From: a virus
Reading direction: 5' to 3' (one strand)
IMG/VR virus record: IMGVR_UViG_3300013132_002633
Location: 1-64,000 of that record
DNA length: 64,000 bases
Part shown: positions 40,173 through 50,730 of the stretch, piece by piece
Position numbering within the stretch: the stretch's first letter is position 1
How the letters are laid out: each line of letters opens with the position of its first letter
Notes under the pieces: generated by a model
The model's input: only the letters and a program-made list of their open reading frames with translations
The model's database searches: none
Told to the model about the DNA's origin: nothing
Program-made: the position numbers and the translations under genes

Positions 40173-40201
40173 TTGACTGACTCAAGTGTATGTGTTAATA
40201 T
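40173..40201 (+). promoter_or_regulatory. Sigma70-type promoter
   Basis: TTGACT-17 bp-TAATAT with TG extension. Confidence 0.65.
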
Positions 40202-40254
40202 TAATTTAAGTTAGCGAACAACTAACGAAACAAAAAAATAAAAGGAAAATAAAT

Positions 40255-40458
40255 ATGTATACTCGTACAAATACTCGTAACAAGACTAACTTCGTAGGCC
40301 ATAATTCAACTGGCGTTGAGCTTTATCTCTCTACTCCTCTTGCTGGAGCTAAGAAGGCCGCACGTTTGACTCTACGAACTGGCGAAGCTCGTATTGATTT
40401 GAATGGTCGTCAAATCAAAGCGCTTCGTGACGTGCTAGCCACTGGATACAAGGCTTAA
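40255..40458 (+). CDS. Small basic hypothetical protein
   Basis: 67 aa, own promoter and AAGGA RBS. Confidence 0.65.
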   Translation: MYTRTNTRNKTNFVGHNSTGVELYLSTPLAGAKKAARLTLRTGEARIDLNGRQIKALRDVLATGYKA

Positions 40459-40468
40459 TTGTTATCGA

Positions 40469-40726
40469 ATGAACGAAACTCATAATATGGGTTTGATGTG
40501 GTTGATACTAATAATATCAACCACATTTTCTTTTGTATCAATATTTTTATTCATACGTTTATTAAAAAAGACGGATGATAATTTTATATCGATATCGGAT
40601 AATATTGTTTTACTGAACGAAAAACTAACATCTGTTTTAAAAGAAGTTGAATTGTTAAAACGTAACTATAGAATCATTAATAATGAAGTCAAAGAAAAAA
40701 GACATTCCGATAAAAACAAAAATTAG
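40469..40726 (+). CDS. Small membrane protein with coiled coil
   Basis: N-terminal TM helix. Confidence 0.55.
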   Translation: MNETHNMGLMWLILIISTTFSFVSIFLFIRLLKKTDDNFISISDNIVLLNEKLTSVLKEVELLKRNYRIINNEVKEKRHSDKNKN

Positions 40727-41159
40727 AGGACTTTTTGATCATATAAATCATATACGTGAAATTAAAGATCAAAATTATTATATAAGCTTGTCCGATGAAG
40801 AACGTAAATCGTTTAACAAGTATATGATAATACGAATATTAAGTATGGATGTTAATTTGATTGAAGAAATGTCGATACTATCAAAATACTTTCAAGTTAT
40901 TCCAGATGAACAGTTTTATAAAGTATTAATTGATATTGTACCGAAAGGTAGAAAATTCTGTAAATACATAAAAAAGAGTACTGAGAATGTAAATAAAACA
41001 ATATTGGATTGTATATGTAATAAATTTAAAGTGGGTGAAAAAGATGGTATTGATTATTACAATATACTTATTACGACTGAATCTGGTATTAAAGAATTAG
41101 TAACCTTGATTCAAGATTTTGGTTATAGCGAAAAAGAAGTGGAAAAATTATTCGAATAA
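40683..41159 (+). CDS. Putative clamp-loader small subunit (T4 gp62-like)
   Basis: LFDHINHI...FNKYMIIRILSM...PKGRKFCKYIKK. Confidence 0.5.
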   Translation: MKSKKKDIPIKTKIRGLFDHINHIREIKDQNYYISLSDEERKSFNKYMIIRILSMDVNLIEEMSILSKYFQVIPDEQFYKVLIDIVPKGRKFCKYIKKSTENVNKTILDCICNKFKVGEKDGIDYYNILITTESGIKELVTLIQDFGYSEKEVEKLFE

Positions 41160-41161
41160 AT

Positions 41162-41809
41162 ATGAAACAACTTATAGGAATATCCGGATTAGCTAGAAGT
41201 GGAAAAGATTTGTTTACAAGTGTAGCTCAATCAATACTTAAAGAAAATAAAATAACAAGTGAAAAATATGCTTTGGCATATGAATTAAAGAGTGATCTTA
41301 AAGATTTGATCAAATCTAAAACTGGAATAGACGTATTTACAGAAAATGCGGAAGAAAAAAACATCATACGTCCGATGTTAGTTGCATATGGAGACGTAAT
41401 GAGAAAAATAAGTGGTGGAACATATTGGACAAATAAGATTGAACAACGAATTGGCAAAAGTGAATCGGATGTGATTTTTATCACAGATATACGTTACGAT
41501 GTATATCCAAATGACGAATGTACGTGGTTAAAGTATAAACAATGTGGTAAATTAATTCATATTACCAAATTTAAAATGTCACCTGCTCCGTCTAAACGTA
41601 GAATTTCAACCTCAAAACCTGTTAAAATTTACAATGCTGCTCCAAATGAACATGAGTTGTTTAATAATCCAAAAGTAAAAAGTAAAGCGGATTACGCATT
41701 TGAATGGGAAGATTATTCCGATATGATTGGTGATCTAAAGTTAGAAGACCACCCATACATCAGAGATAAAGTTAAAATTGCATTAAAGAATATCAATGTA
41801 TTATCTTAA
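41162..41809 (+). CDS. Deoxynucleoside monophosphate kinase-like protein
   Basis: GISGLARSGKD, RPMLVAYG, ITDIRY. Confidence 0.7.
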   Translation: MKQLIGISGLARSGKDLFTSVAQSILKENKITSEKYALAYELKSDLKDLIKSKTGIDVFTENAEEKNIIRPMLVAYGDVMRKISGGTYWTNKIEQRIGKSESDVIFITDIRYDVYPNDECTWLKYKQCGKLIHITKFKMSPAPSKRRISTSKPVKIYNAAPNEHELFNNPKVKSKADYAFEWEDYSDMIGDLKLEDHPYIRDKVKIALKNINVLS

Positions 41810-42082
41810 CTTTATACGTTTTATTTCGTGACTGCCGTTGTGTGAAAAAATGATTTCACTGTCGGTGGTTTTTGTTTTTAAATAATCTATTAAGTTACCA
41901 ACTGTAGAATTTACTAAATCTATGTAAATTTTATTACATTCTTCTGATTTTTGTGATTTTCTAGATCGTTGACAGTTACAAATGATGTTTAATTGTTTTA
42001 CACAATTTTGTAATCTGTCAACCATAGGAACTGTATCTTTTCCTATAAACCCTAAAAATGCTTGATAACTTCCTATATTCAT
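41801..42082 (-). CDS. Hypothetical protein
   Basis: 93 aa, ATGA coupled to upstream gene. Confidence 0.55.
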   Translation of the reverse strand: MNIGSYQAFLGFIGKDTVPMVDRLQNCVKQLNIICNCQRSRKSQKSEECNKIYIDLVNSTVGNLIDYLKTKTTDSEIIFSHNGSHEIKRIKLR

Positions 42083-42456
42083 AGTAGCTTTTTAATAGAT
42101 AAATATATTAAAAGACTTGATATGTAATTAACCGGTATTAATAATAAAGATAAAATGATCGGATTATTTAATGAAATAGTTAATATAACCAATCCTGTTA
42201 AAGTTGTCCAAAAACACAAACATATTGGACAACTTAATAATTTAGTTAAATATCCAGGATATTGTTCATATAAAAAATTGGGATAGTTTGACATAACATC
42301 AACTTCCAGTTTGTATTTATGATACTCGTTTATTTTCAACAAACTTCTGGTTTTGGTTAGGTTTGCTATGGTTTGTATTATATCACTTTCAAACCAAACT
42401 ACTAGTATGAATGATACAAAACATATCAAGGGAATATTAAAATCAGTTAAGTTCAT
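42079..42456 (-). CDS. Membrane protein with CPxC motif (DUF1360-like)
   Basis: LLSCPICLCFW with TM helices. Confidence 0.55.
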   Translation of the reverse strand: MNLTDFNIPLICFVSFILVVWFESDIIQTIANLTKTRSLLKINEYHKYKLEVDVMSNYPNFLYEQYPGYLTKLLSCPICLCFWTTLTGLVILTISLNNPIILSLLLIPVNYISSLLIYLSIKKLL

Positions 42457-42459
42457 AGT

Positions 42460-43668
42460 TTAAATTAGTTTTTGTATATACCACTCATTTTTAATATCAA
42501 TCAAAGATTTACTATAATCTGTTAAGTCTCTTATTTTAAATTTGAACATATCAAATTCAGATTGACCAACTTGACCACTATCTTCTAAAATTAATTGTAG
42601 ATTGTTGAAAAATTCAAATGCTTGATTAGTCAAACGAGTTCCATCAAATTCAATTATAATGTCATTCGATTTAATATCGTCATATCGTTTCAATTTTCTT
42701 TTTAAATCGAATTTTGTATTTTTCTGTTCCACATTTATATATTGGTCATATGGAACATCTGTATATATGGTATCACACCATGGCTCCAACAAAGCTAGTT
42801 TATAAGAATCACAATTTTTAACTACAAATCCCACATCATATCGTTTAGGAACAATCGGTTTCATTGTATCGTTATGTTTAACAAAATGACCCCACTTACG
42901 AATGAAGTTTCTGGCACTCTTGACATTTTGATTTTGCCACTCTTCACTATCTTTTCCGATACTGGTAATGGTTGGATTAAATCTACTACCTCTACAGGTC
43001 AAATGATATACACAAGCTTCCCATAACTGAATAAACTTGTATCCTTTCAACAAAAATCTATTGAATATGTCACTATCTTCCTTGGACGTTGGAGCAAACA
43101 AAAGATCATGACCACCAATACTCAAGAAGTCTTCTTTATAAATTGCCCATGGTGCAAACACCCCTTCTGTAGTTTTATCTCTACGTGACATTTTTGAATC
43201 AATGAACCATTTATCAAATGCTTCCTTTTTGAAAGTTTCTGGTTCTAATCCAAAGTCTTGTACTATTTTCTCTGGTCCGCCTGGGTGCAAGGGTGGTTCT
43301 ATTCTGGTTAAACAAACAACCGATTGTGGTTTTAAATGTTTTTCAATTAGAAGATCTGCATTTTTTGAAATATACATGTCTGCGTGGTAAATCATCACAA
43401 CGTCATATGTAGCTACATCTTGTACCAGAGTATTATACAACTCTGTCATACCTTTTCTAGCTGGTCCTTCGTTTCTGATTGCTTTAAAGTGTGGATCAAC
43501 TTTAATCATTTCTTGACACCAACTCCACGTACCATCGTCGCTTGCATCATCTGCAACGCATATTTCATGTTCTTTATGGCTTAGATTATTTCTAAGTGCG
43601 TCATAACACCACTTTAAATATTTTAGATTGTTTCGACTCGGTAAAATAAAACTTATATTAAGACTCAT
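42460..43668 (-). CDS. Glycosyltransferase family 2
   Basis: ISFILPSRNN, ADDASDDGT, HADM, GGHD, EDSD. Confidence 0.85.
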   Translation of the reverse strand: MSLNISFILPSRNNLKYLKWCYDALRNNLSHKEHEICVADDASDDGTWSWCQEMIKVDPHFKAIRNEGPARKGMTELYNTLVQDVATYDVVMIYHADMYISKNADLLIEKHLKPQSVVCLTRIEPPLHPGGPEKIVQDFGLEPETFKKEAFDKWFIDSKMSRRDKTTEGVFAPWAIYKEDFLSIGGHDLLFAPTSKEDSDIFNRFLLKGYKFIQLWEACVYHLTCRGSRFNPTITSIGKDSEEWQNQNVKSARNFIRKWGHFVKHNDTMKPIVPKRYDVGFVVKNCDSYKLALLEPWCDTIYTDVPYDQYINVEQKNTKFDLKRKLKRYDDIKSNDIIIEFDGTRLTNQAFEFFNNLQLILEDSGQVGQSEFDMFKFKIRDLTDYSKSLIDIKNEWYIQKLI

Positions 43669-43702
43669 ACTTTATATGTATTTTTTTTAATTGTAAAACG
43701 TA

Positions 43703-44440
43703 TTATTTTCTGTATCTTACGAGTGTACAATGGGAATCTTCATACTTTTGATCATAACTTGGTGTATAATACATAAATGGAAATGAAACTTTGTCACGAA
43801 GATTAATTTGTTTTAAATGGTGTGGTATTATAAAGTGACTGGAGATATCTCTATACATTTGTACATTTTTTACGTATTCATCCAAACGATCATATATTGT
43901 AGCTATTTTATTAATGTTCTCCGAATTGCTAGCTATAAATCTGTCACCTAGTTCTTGTGAGTTAATCGATCCATATAATGATCCACGAAATATACATTGG
44001 TCTAAATTAACAACGTTGGGATTTAATTGACTTAAATTTAATGATTTAAGCCAATACATGTCGAGTCTGGTTAATATAGTTAAATCGTAAGGACCGTTTT
44101 CAGATTCATATTGATTTTTAAGTTCTACAACTTTTTTAACGGCGTACCATCTACTATAATGTGATTGAAATCTTCCATTCTCACTCTTAGATGAAATGTT
44201 AAATTTAATCTGTTCTTGTGTTAATATTTTTTTGGGATTGTATTGATGCTTATATTCGATGTCTAAATGCGTATCCCATGAAAATATAAACGTATCAATG
44301 GTATCATTTTCGTTATATTTAATATTTTTATTAAATTGCGTAGACGCTAGTTTTAATACTTGATCGCTACCATCTGTTTTATCTCCAGCTTTTCCAGTTA
44401 AACCACCAATACATCCCGACATGCAGTATGCAATTTTCAT
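43703..44440 (-). CDS. Putative glycosyltransferase-like protein (paralog of 48219..48965)
   Basis: KIAYCMSG, FIFSWD, SHYSRWY, YDLTILTRLD. Confidence 0.55.
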   Translation of the reverse strand: MKIAYCMSGCIGGLTGKAGDKTDGSDQVLKLASTQFNKNIKYNENDTIDTFIFSWDTHLDIEYKHQYNPKKILTQEQIKFNISSKSENGRFQSHYSRWYAVKKVVELKNQYESENGPYDLTILTRLDMYWLKSLNLSQLNPNVVNLDQCIFRGSLYGSINSQELGDRFIASNSENINKIATIYDRLDEYVKNVQMYRDISSHFIIPHHLKQINLRDKVSFPFMYYTPSYDQKYEDSHCTLVRYRK

Positions 44441-44442
44441 AA

Positions 44443-44805
44443 TTAAATATTTGTTTTACCCACACCTTCATTTCTAATTAAATTTACAGAAAAGGCAGTC
44501 AATGTTCCTTCTGGTTTAATATCGTTTATTACTACTCTTGGCCCTCTGCCAACTCCCATAATTAACTGATCGTAAAAAATACCAGCTTCACGTAATTGAT
44601 TTTCGGTTACTTTTCTATTACTCTCTCTTCTTCCCGTGGTTAATATAATTGTATATCCTTTTTTATTCCATTCTAATAGTTTATCTATTGTACCATCCAA
44701 AACATTCATTTTATGTGATGGTAATGATGTTAAATGAGGATTTTTATGTTCTACAAGTGTTCCGTCAATGTCTAAAAATAATGTTTTTGGTAAATCTTCG
44801 TTCAT
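44443..44805 (-). CDS. Small HAD phosphatase
   Basis: FLDIDGT, TTGR, IND. Confidence 0.75.
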   Translation of the reverse strand: MNEDLPKTLFLDIDGTLVEHKNPHLTSLPSHKMNVLDGTIDKLLEWNKKGYTIILTTGRRESNRKVTENQLREAGIFYDQLIMGVGRGPRVVINDIKPEGTLTAFSVNLIRNEGVGKTNI

Positions 44806-45761
44806 TTTAATACTCCTTTAATTTTGGATTTCATTATAGATTTAATTTCAACTGACAAATCTGGTAATTTGTTTTTAATTTCTGATATAAAAATTGGGTT
44901 TTCTAATACATAATGACCACAGATGAGAATTAATTTCTCTTTATCAGTTATATCAAAATTATTATTTATCCATTTTTTCCATTGATTACTATCATAACAT
45001 AAATCGTAGAATCTAGTCAATAAACTTTTATCATACTTTTTGATAGATTCGATATAATGATTGGATTCATAGTACCCAAATTCCGGTGCTATATTTATTG
45101 CATCTAATCCGTTTTCAAACTTACTTCGTATTAGATCGTTATCCATATAATCGCCATTATGTTCTTTGGATAGGCATTTATATTTTGACACTATTCCACA
45201 AAAATGTTTTAATTTTGTTTTGTCATATATTCCTGTATTCTTATTCTCTTTTAGAGAAGTACCACTTTGTATTACAATATATTTAATTGGATAATGTTTA
45301 AGTTTTTGTATAAGATATTCGACCTCCTTCACATCAAACTCTCTGATACTTTGTTCTGTGGCAATTTCAAATTGTCCTTTGTAATTATTTGCAATGCATA
45401 GTTCAATCAAATCTTTAGTTTTTTGTAAACCCGCTTCCAGATCAGAGTATTGTTTCCACGGATCTATATGTAACAGATCGTAATATTTACAATCGTCAAT
45501 AAAAGATATAATTCCATCATCTATTTTCTTTCCCTGTGATGGACCTCCATGATCTCTTTGTAAGATTACATTATTTGTTTTTGAGTGTACATATTGATTC
45601 AATTGTTGGGATGTAAATTCAACATAGCCACCATCATAATCAATTTGTCTACGACTAGGTATTAATCCGAGCGGTACATTATATTCATTCGTATACTCAA
45701 TTGTTGCGTCGATTGTATTACGACTGACACATCCTATATAAAGTTTACATTGATTAATCAT
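44802..45761 (-). CDS. GatZ/KbaZ-like TIM-barrel sugar-phosphate epimerase/aldolase
   Basis: SRRQID..GGY, RDHGGP, LHIDP, KEHNGDY, AINIAPEFG. Confidence 0.65.
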   Translation of the reverse strand: MINQCKLYIGCVSRNTIDATIEYTNEYNVPLGLIPSRRQIDYDGGYVEFTSQQLNQYVHSKTNNVILQRDHGGPSQGKKIDDGIISFIDDCKYYDLLHIDPWKQYSDLEAGLQKTKDLIELCIANNYKGQFEIATEQSIREFDVKEVEYLIQKLKHYPIKYIVIQSGTSLKENKNTGIYDKTKLKHFCGIVSKYKCLSKEHNGDYMDNDLIRSKFENGLDAINIAPEFGYYESNHYIESIKKYDKSLLTRFYDLCYDSNQWKKWINNNFDITDKEKLILICGHYVLENPIFISEIKNKLPDLSVEIKSIMKSKIKGVLK

Positions 45762-47355
45762 TCAGTATTTTGTTTAGGTTTAAAAGACCGAAGTAATACA
45801 AGAAATAATTAAACGGATTGTGATGTAATGGAGACATATTAATCCATATTAATGATTTAATTATATTAATTTTTTTTATGTCATATTCATTATCGACCAC
45901 AAATTGTGTAAACATTTTTTCAAATTCAACATGTGTAGATTTTCTTAAAATGTCCAGTTCGATATGTTTGACACCATTTAATTCAAATTCTTTATAACTA
46001 TATAGATTTTTTGATATTAAATTGTGGTTCAATGTTAATGAATGTGAAAGTTTACCTAAATCATAGTAAACGTCCCCACCATCAATATCTCCACAAAAAT
46101 CTTGCCTCCAATCTATAAATTTAATATCTTTTTCCGGTGTGATAATTAAATTATCTAATACACAATCTCCATGAAAGTAGTATTTTTTATTTGTTGTAAT
46201 TAAATCAACAGGAATTTTATTTAGGAGATCAGAAAGTTTTGGTATATGTAAACCATTTATTATTACTTCCTGATCTTTAATTTTGTTTGTTGTTAAAAAC
46301 TGATTAGCACGTTCTTTTGTTTTATCAAAGTAAAATTTTCTGGTTTTTTCAACAAATGATGTATCGTTATCAATAACAGTCCAATAATTATGTAAATTGT
46401 TTAATAAAGTTTTGAATTCGTTTGTGTCAATAATATAAGAAGTTTCCTTACCTTCAATATATTTATACTTATAAAAATTTTCACTATAATCTAATAATTT
46501 TGGACCGAATGATTTTAGGTGTTTCAATCTATTCACTCTATTGGTTACCATTTTTTTATTATGAAAAAACTTCACAACGGATCCGTTTAGTATAAAAATT
46601 GATTCATCGTCTTTATCAAGTATATGAAATTTATCAAAAATATGTTCTCTTGCATGGTTTAATGAAGAAATATTGCCAATATCTAACCAAGACTTATCTG
46701 TAATAAATAATGGTTCAAATCTATGACCGAGTTCTATCATTTTATTTATCACATGACAATCCGACAACGATTGGTCTTCTACAAAATTATTCAATAAATC
46801 TTCTGTAATACTCCAGAATAAATCATAATCTTTTATTTTTGATATACCAACGTGTGCGTGTGTATTTTCATTACTTCCTTTTTCATCAATACACATGATA
46901 CGAGGTAATCCATTTACTATTTTATGCGTTCTATAGTGTTCACTATGAGTAGTGTGTGAAGATATACACCAATTTACATCTTCATTTGGGACAAATATAG
47001 GTGGACTAGATAAAATAGTATCACACGCATGAAATATGAATGGTTTTTGTAAATTATTTTTCGCACAATACATTGAATAAAGAAGACTAGAACCTTTACC
47101 TTCAAATTTATCTACGTCGCAAAATGTAAAAGATTTTTCTGGATATGTTAATTTAAGATATTGTTTAACATGATCTCCATAATATCCAGTTGTGATCACA
47201 AACTCGGTATCGTCTGGATATGATTCTATTATATATGAAATAGCTGGTTTTCTACCAACACGCACCAAGCTTTTATTTGTATACTTGGTTAAATTTCCGA
47301 GCCTATTTCCTGTACCACTAGTTGTTATTAATACGGTCTTTTTATTTACGTCCAT
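45754..47355 (-). CDS. Sugar nucleotidyltransferase fused to APH/choline-kinase-like domain
   Basis: SGTGNRL..LT...NKSLV, HACD, WLDIGN; FHGDCVLDN, FIDWR, YYDLGKL. Confidence 0.8.
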   Translation of the reverse strand: MDVNKKTVLITTSGTGNRLGNLTKYTNKSLVRVGRKPAISYIIESYPDDTEFVITTGYYGDHVKQYLKLTYPEKSFTFCDVDKFEGKGSSLLYSMYCAKNNLQKPFIFHACDTILSSPPIFVPNEDVNWCISSHTTHSEHYRTHKIVNGLPRIMCIDEKGSNENTHAHVGISKIKDYDLFWSITEDLLNNFVEDQSLSDCHVINKMIELGHRFEPLFITDKSWLDIGNISSLNHAREHIFDKFHILDKDDESIFILNGSVVKFFHNKKMVTNRVNRLKHLKSFGPKLLDYSENFYKYKYIEGKETSYIIDTNEFKTLLNNLHNYWTVIDNDTSFVEKTRKFYFDKTKERANQFLTTNKIKDQEVIINGLHIPKLSDLLNKIPVDLITTNKKYYFHGDCVLDNLIITPEKDIKFIDWRQDFCGDIDGGDVYYDLGKLSHSLTLNHNLISKNLYSYKEFELNGVKHIELDILRKSTHVEFEKMFTQFVVDNEYDIKKINIIKSLIWINMSPLHHNPFNYFLYYFGLLNLNKILND

Positions 47356-47686
47356 ATTTATCCTCCAATCTTACAATATCATCTTCTCCAAAATATTCTC
47401 CGGTTTGAACTTCAATAAATTCTAAGTCTGTATCTCCTGTATTTTTAAATTGGTGTTTACTTAACTTTGGTATAAAGATTACATCACCTTCTTTTAGTAC
47501 ACGATCTACATCATCTAACTTAAGTGTGCCTGTACCTTTTGTGACAATCCAATATTCATTTCTTTTAAAATGATATTGATAACTCGGCGCTTGTCCAACG
47601 TTTATGGTTATTTTCTTGACCTTACATTTTTCATCGTCAAGTAAAACTATATAATTTCCCCAAGGTCTATTTTCTTTTATATTCAT
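47342..47686 (-). CDS. Cupin, mannose-6-phosphate isomerase type II C-terminal-like
   Basis: RPWG, SYQYH..RNEYW, IEVQTGEYFGEDDIVRLED. Confidence 0.85.
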   Translation of the reverse strand: MNIKENRPWGNYIVLLDDEKCKVKKITINVGQAPSYQYHFKRNEYWIVTKGTGTLKLDDVDRVLKEGDVIFIPKLSKHQFKNTGDTDLEFIEVQTGEYFGEDDIVRLEDKYGRK

Positions 47687-48222
47687 ACAATTTTAATAAT
47701 TCTTCGTTCATCTTCAATTTGTACCAAGATTTCATATTTAATATTTAAATCTTTAGACCATTCAAAGAATGCTTTTTGTTCGTGTTGTCTGTTTTCTATA
47801 ATATCGTGGTGATTATAATACCATTCATCAAATACTAATATTGTAGATGGTAAGATAAAGTCTTTTAGTCCATACAATACATCTATTGTTGAACTATATA
47901 AATCGCAATCGATATGTAATAATGATATTGGTTTAGCTATCTTTAGATATTCCGGTATTGTATCTTTAAACCACCCTTTGTAAAATGTAACGTTTTCTAC
48001 CTTTGGTATTGAACCATTTGTAGTCATTGCTCCAACTTTATGATGTGTTCCTGTCCAATCTTCCGGTAAACCAATAAAAGAATCGAATCCAAAAACTTGA
48101 TAATCAACAGGTACAGATCTTCTAATTTGAGCGATAGTTCCGCCGAAATGGACGCCAAATTCTAAGATGTGTTTGTGATCTTTATTAATTAAATTTATTG
48201 CTGTGTTTAATGTTTTATTCAT
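47683..48222 (-). CDS. TylF/MycF-like methyltransferase
   Basis: LEFGV..G, GFDSF.GLP, KGWFKDT, LHIDCDLY, VFDEW. Confidence 0.8.
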   Translation of the reverse strand: MNKTLNTAINLINKDHKHILEFGVHFGGTIAQIRRSVPVDYQVFGFDSFIGLPEDWTGTHHKVGAMTTNGSIPKVENVTFYKGWFKDTIPEYLKIAKPISLLHIDCDLYSSTIDVLYGLKDFILPSTILVFDEWYYNHHDIIENRQHEQKAFFEWSKDLNIKYEILVQIEDERRIIKIV

Positions 48223-48965
48223 TTTAATAATCTATAATAATCTCTTACAAGAGTAAATGATGCTTTTTCTTTTTCTGAAAATCCATCGCCCCACCAAGTA
48301 TATGGAAATTTAATCAAACTGGTTAAATCTTTCTTTTTTAAATGCCATGGTATACAAAAATGACTGGAAATTTCACGATATTGTGGACATTGACCCGGAC
48401 GAGTATATTCTTCTAATTTATCATACAACTCGGATATATAATTAATATTATCATCGTTTGAACATATGAGTCTATCTCCTACGTGAATATTAGTAGAAAA
48501 CTTTCCACCATTAGCATAACATTGATCAAAATTAATATAATTATTATCAATCAAACTCATATCAATATTTTTTAACCAATATAAATCATGTCTTGCTAAT
48601 ACTACCAAGTCATATTTGACATTGTTTTCTTTACAATAATTGTTCTTTACATCTATAACTCTTTTAGTGCTATACCATCTACTATAATGAGATTGAGATC
48701 TAAGATTATTTGTTAAATGTTTTGGTATATTAAAAATCATCTGGGAATCCGAGACTAATACTTTTGGCGAGTAATATTTTTCAAAACTATCGGTTAATTC
48801 TGGATTCCAACTATGAATAAAAAAATCAAATTTATCATTATTCAATACGTGTTTACGAAATGAATTGTTGGAGTATTCTAATACTACATCAGATCCGTTT
48901 GTTTTTTCACCGGCTTTTTTAGTTAATCCCGCAACATTTCCATAAAAACAATAAGCAATTTTCAT
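48219..48965 (-). CDS. Putative glycosyltransferase-like protein (paralog of 43703..44440)
   Basis: KIAYCFYG, FIHSWN, SHYSRWY, YDLVVLARHD. Confidence 0.55.
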   Translation of the reverse strand: MKIAYCFYGNVAGLTKKAGEKTNGSDVVLEYSNNSFRKHVLNNDKFDFFIHSWNPELTDSFEKYYSPKVLVSDSQMIFNIPKHLTNNLRSQSHYSRWYSTKRVIDVKNNYCKENNVKYDLVVLARHDLYWLKNIDMSLIDNNYINFDQCYANGGKFSTNIHVGDRLICSNDDNINYISELYDKLEEYTRPGQCPQYREISSHFCIPWHLKKKDLTSLIKFPYTWWGDGFSEKEKASFTLVRDYYRLLK

Positions 48966-49021
48966 AAATTAACGAACTTAGTATCAGTATTTTATAACTA
49001 TCTTTAACTAAAAAGTTAAGT

Positions 49022-49843
49022 TTATTTTAAAACATCATTATAATTCTTTTCCCATAAGTCTGGAAAAGGAGCCTTTTTACAATTCATATTGTCTGACGAA
49101 TTAAATTTAACAATGTCATTTGAACATAAAATTAAATTTTTATTAAAGAATGCCGCACTTATACTAAAAGTGCTACCGGCTACGATTAACATATCGGCGT
49201 GAACCAATGCATTATAGTCATTTATAAAATTAAAACCATCCGAATTATGTATTGTCAAATTTTCATTTTTTATATGAGATAAACCAGAATCGCCCCAACA
49301 AAAAATATGAATTTTTGAAGCTGGATATTTGACAAACAACGTCTCTAACATTTTTTCATAAAAACCAGAATCTATCCATCGATGTTTATCATTCACATTA
49401 GTATCTTGGCCACGACGCATATGTATGCATATATTGTGATAATCCTGAAAAAAATCAGGTTTAGGCATCGGCCAAGAATCTTGCAACTTTCTGTGATGAT
49501 CGTTCAAAAAACTTTCTTGTGTGACACAGGCATAAGGCAATTGTATTTGTATGCAAGATTCTAATTTATTTCTTAAAGATATGTGTTTTACATTTAAATT
49601 AGTCATTATTTTGTTCAACAAAACATTCGAGTCAATCGTTCTCTCTCTCAAAGTTCCTACATTTTTTAAAGTAATTGGCGACAGATTGGAATAATAATAT
49701 TTTTTATTAACATGCATTGTAGCCAGATATCCAATAATAGTGGCATACATTTGTGATCCAAAACCATCTTTACCCCGATTTATGGTGATTGATGCGTAAT
49801 TATTTACTATTTTTTTAAACGATTCAAAGTCATTGATAAACAT
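49022..49843 (-). CDS. Fucosyltransferase-like protein (GT11/GT23-type)
   Basis: DGFGSQ, IHMRRG.D, STFS. Confidence 0.65.
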   Translation of the reverse strand: MFINDFESFKKIVNNYASITINRGKDGFGSQMYATIIGYLATMHVNKKYYYSNLSPITLKNVGTLRERTIDSNVLLNKIMTNLNVKHISLRNKLESCIQIQLPYACVTQESFLNDHHRKLQDSWPMPKPDFFQDYHNICIHMRRGQDTNVNDKHRWIDSGFYEKMLETLFVKYPASKIHIFCWGDSGLSHIKNENLTIHNSDGFNFINDYNALVHADMLIVAGSTFSISAAFFNKNLILCSNDIVKFNSSDNMNCKKAPFPDLWEKNYNDVLK

Positions 49844-49890
49844 ATAACAAGTTTTTAAAAATTTGTGTCTATATATATATTTTTATAGTT

Positions 49891-50730
49891 ATGGAAAATA
49901 TTATTTTACCTGTTTTATTTGCGGGTTTTGGTAACAAATTAGGATCATTATTTAGCGGTCTGGTTTTATCAAGAAGATTAAATAAGAAACTTTTAATATT
50001 AAATGTAAATAGTAATGTCGGAAATTTAGATTTAAATTCAATTTTTGAGTTTAATTATCCGATTAAAAACTTTACATCTTTTAAAGAAATTGATGATATA
50101 ATTGACCTATCATTTCCGATTTTTACAACAAAGTCATTTGATTTTAGAAGAAAATGTATACCATACGAATCGTTTGATATTCGCAAATCACCAGATAGTT
50201 TTTTATATTTGTGTCACAAAGCAATGGATATGTCTCCAAATAATTTGAACATATTTTTAAATACGTTTAAAATAAAGTCCGACGTTAAATCTAAAATTAA
50301 TGAATTTGCAAATGCACATGGTTTAAATAAAAATGTATATGGTTTACACATACGAGCTTCTGATTTTCCAGAACGAAACAATAATATTGAACGTGCTAGG
50401 AAGTTTATAGAGTTAAATCAAAATAAAAAAATTTTGATATGTACAGATGAAAAACAAGTAGAAGAAGATCTATCTATCTACAAAAATGTAATATTTAGAC
50501 AAAAAAACTCGTATACCGAAAAATTAAACCCGAATATTAATTGGAATGTTAAATACTTTGATCAAAAATACAATAGTACAAATTATAATTCTTTAAGAGA
50601 TAATCAGTGTAGTGTAGACGCATTTATAGATATGATATTACTTTCTAAAACAAATCTATCTGGTAATGTCAATAACGGAAGTACATTTTATAAATGGTGC
50701 GAACATTTTTCAAACGTCAATATTAATTGA
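49891..50730 (+). CDS. Fucosyltransferase-like protein (NodZ/GT23- or GT11-type), inverted within cluster
   Basis: GFGNKL, GLHIRASD, ICTD, DMILLS, STF. Confidence 0.7.
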   Translation: MENIILPVLFAGFGNKLGSLFSGLVLSRRLNKKLLILNVNSNVGNLDLNSIFEFNYPIKNFTSFKEIDDIIDLSFPIFTTKSFDFRRKCIPYESFDIRKSPDSFLYLCHKAMDMSPNNLNIFLNTFKIKSDVKSKINEFANAHGLNKNVYGLHIRASDFPERNNNIERARKFIELNQNKKILICTDEKQVEEDLSIYKNVIFRQKNSYTEKLNPNINWNVKYFDQKYNSTNYNSLRDNQCSVDAFIDMILLSKTNLSGNVNNGSTFYKWCEHFSNVNIN

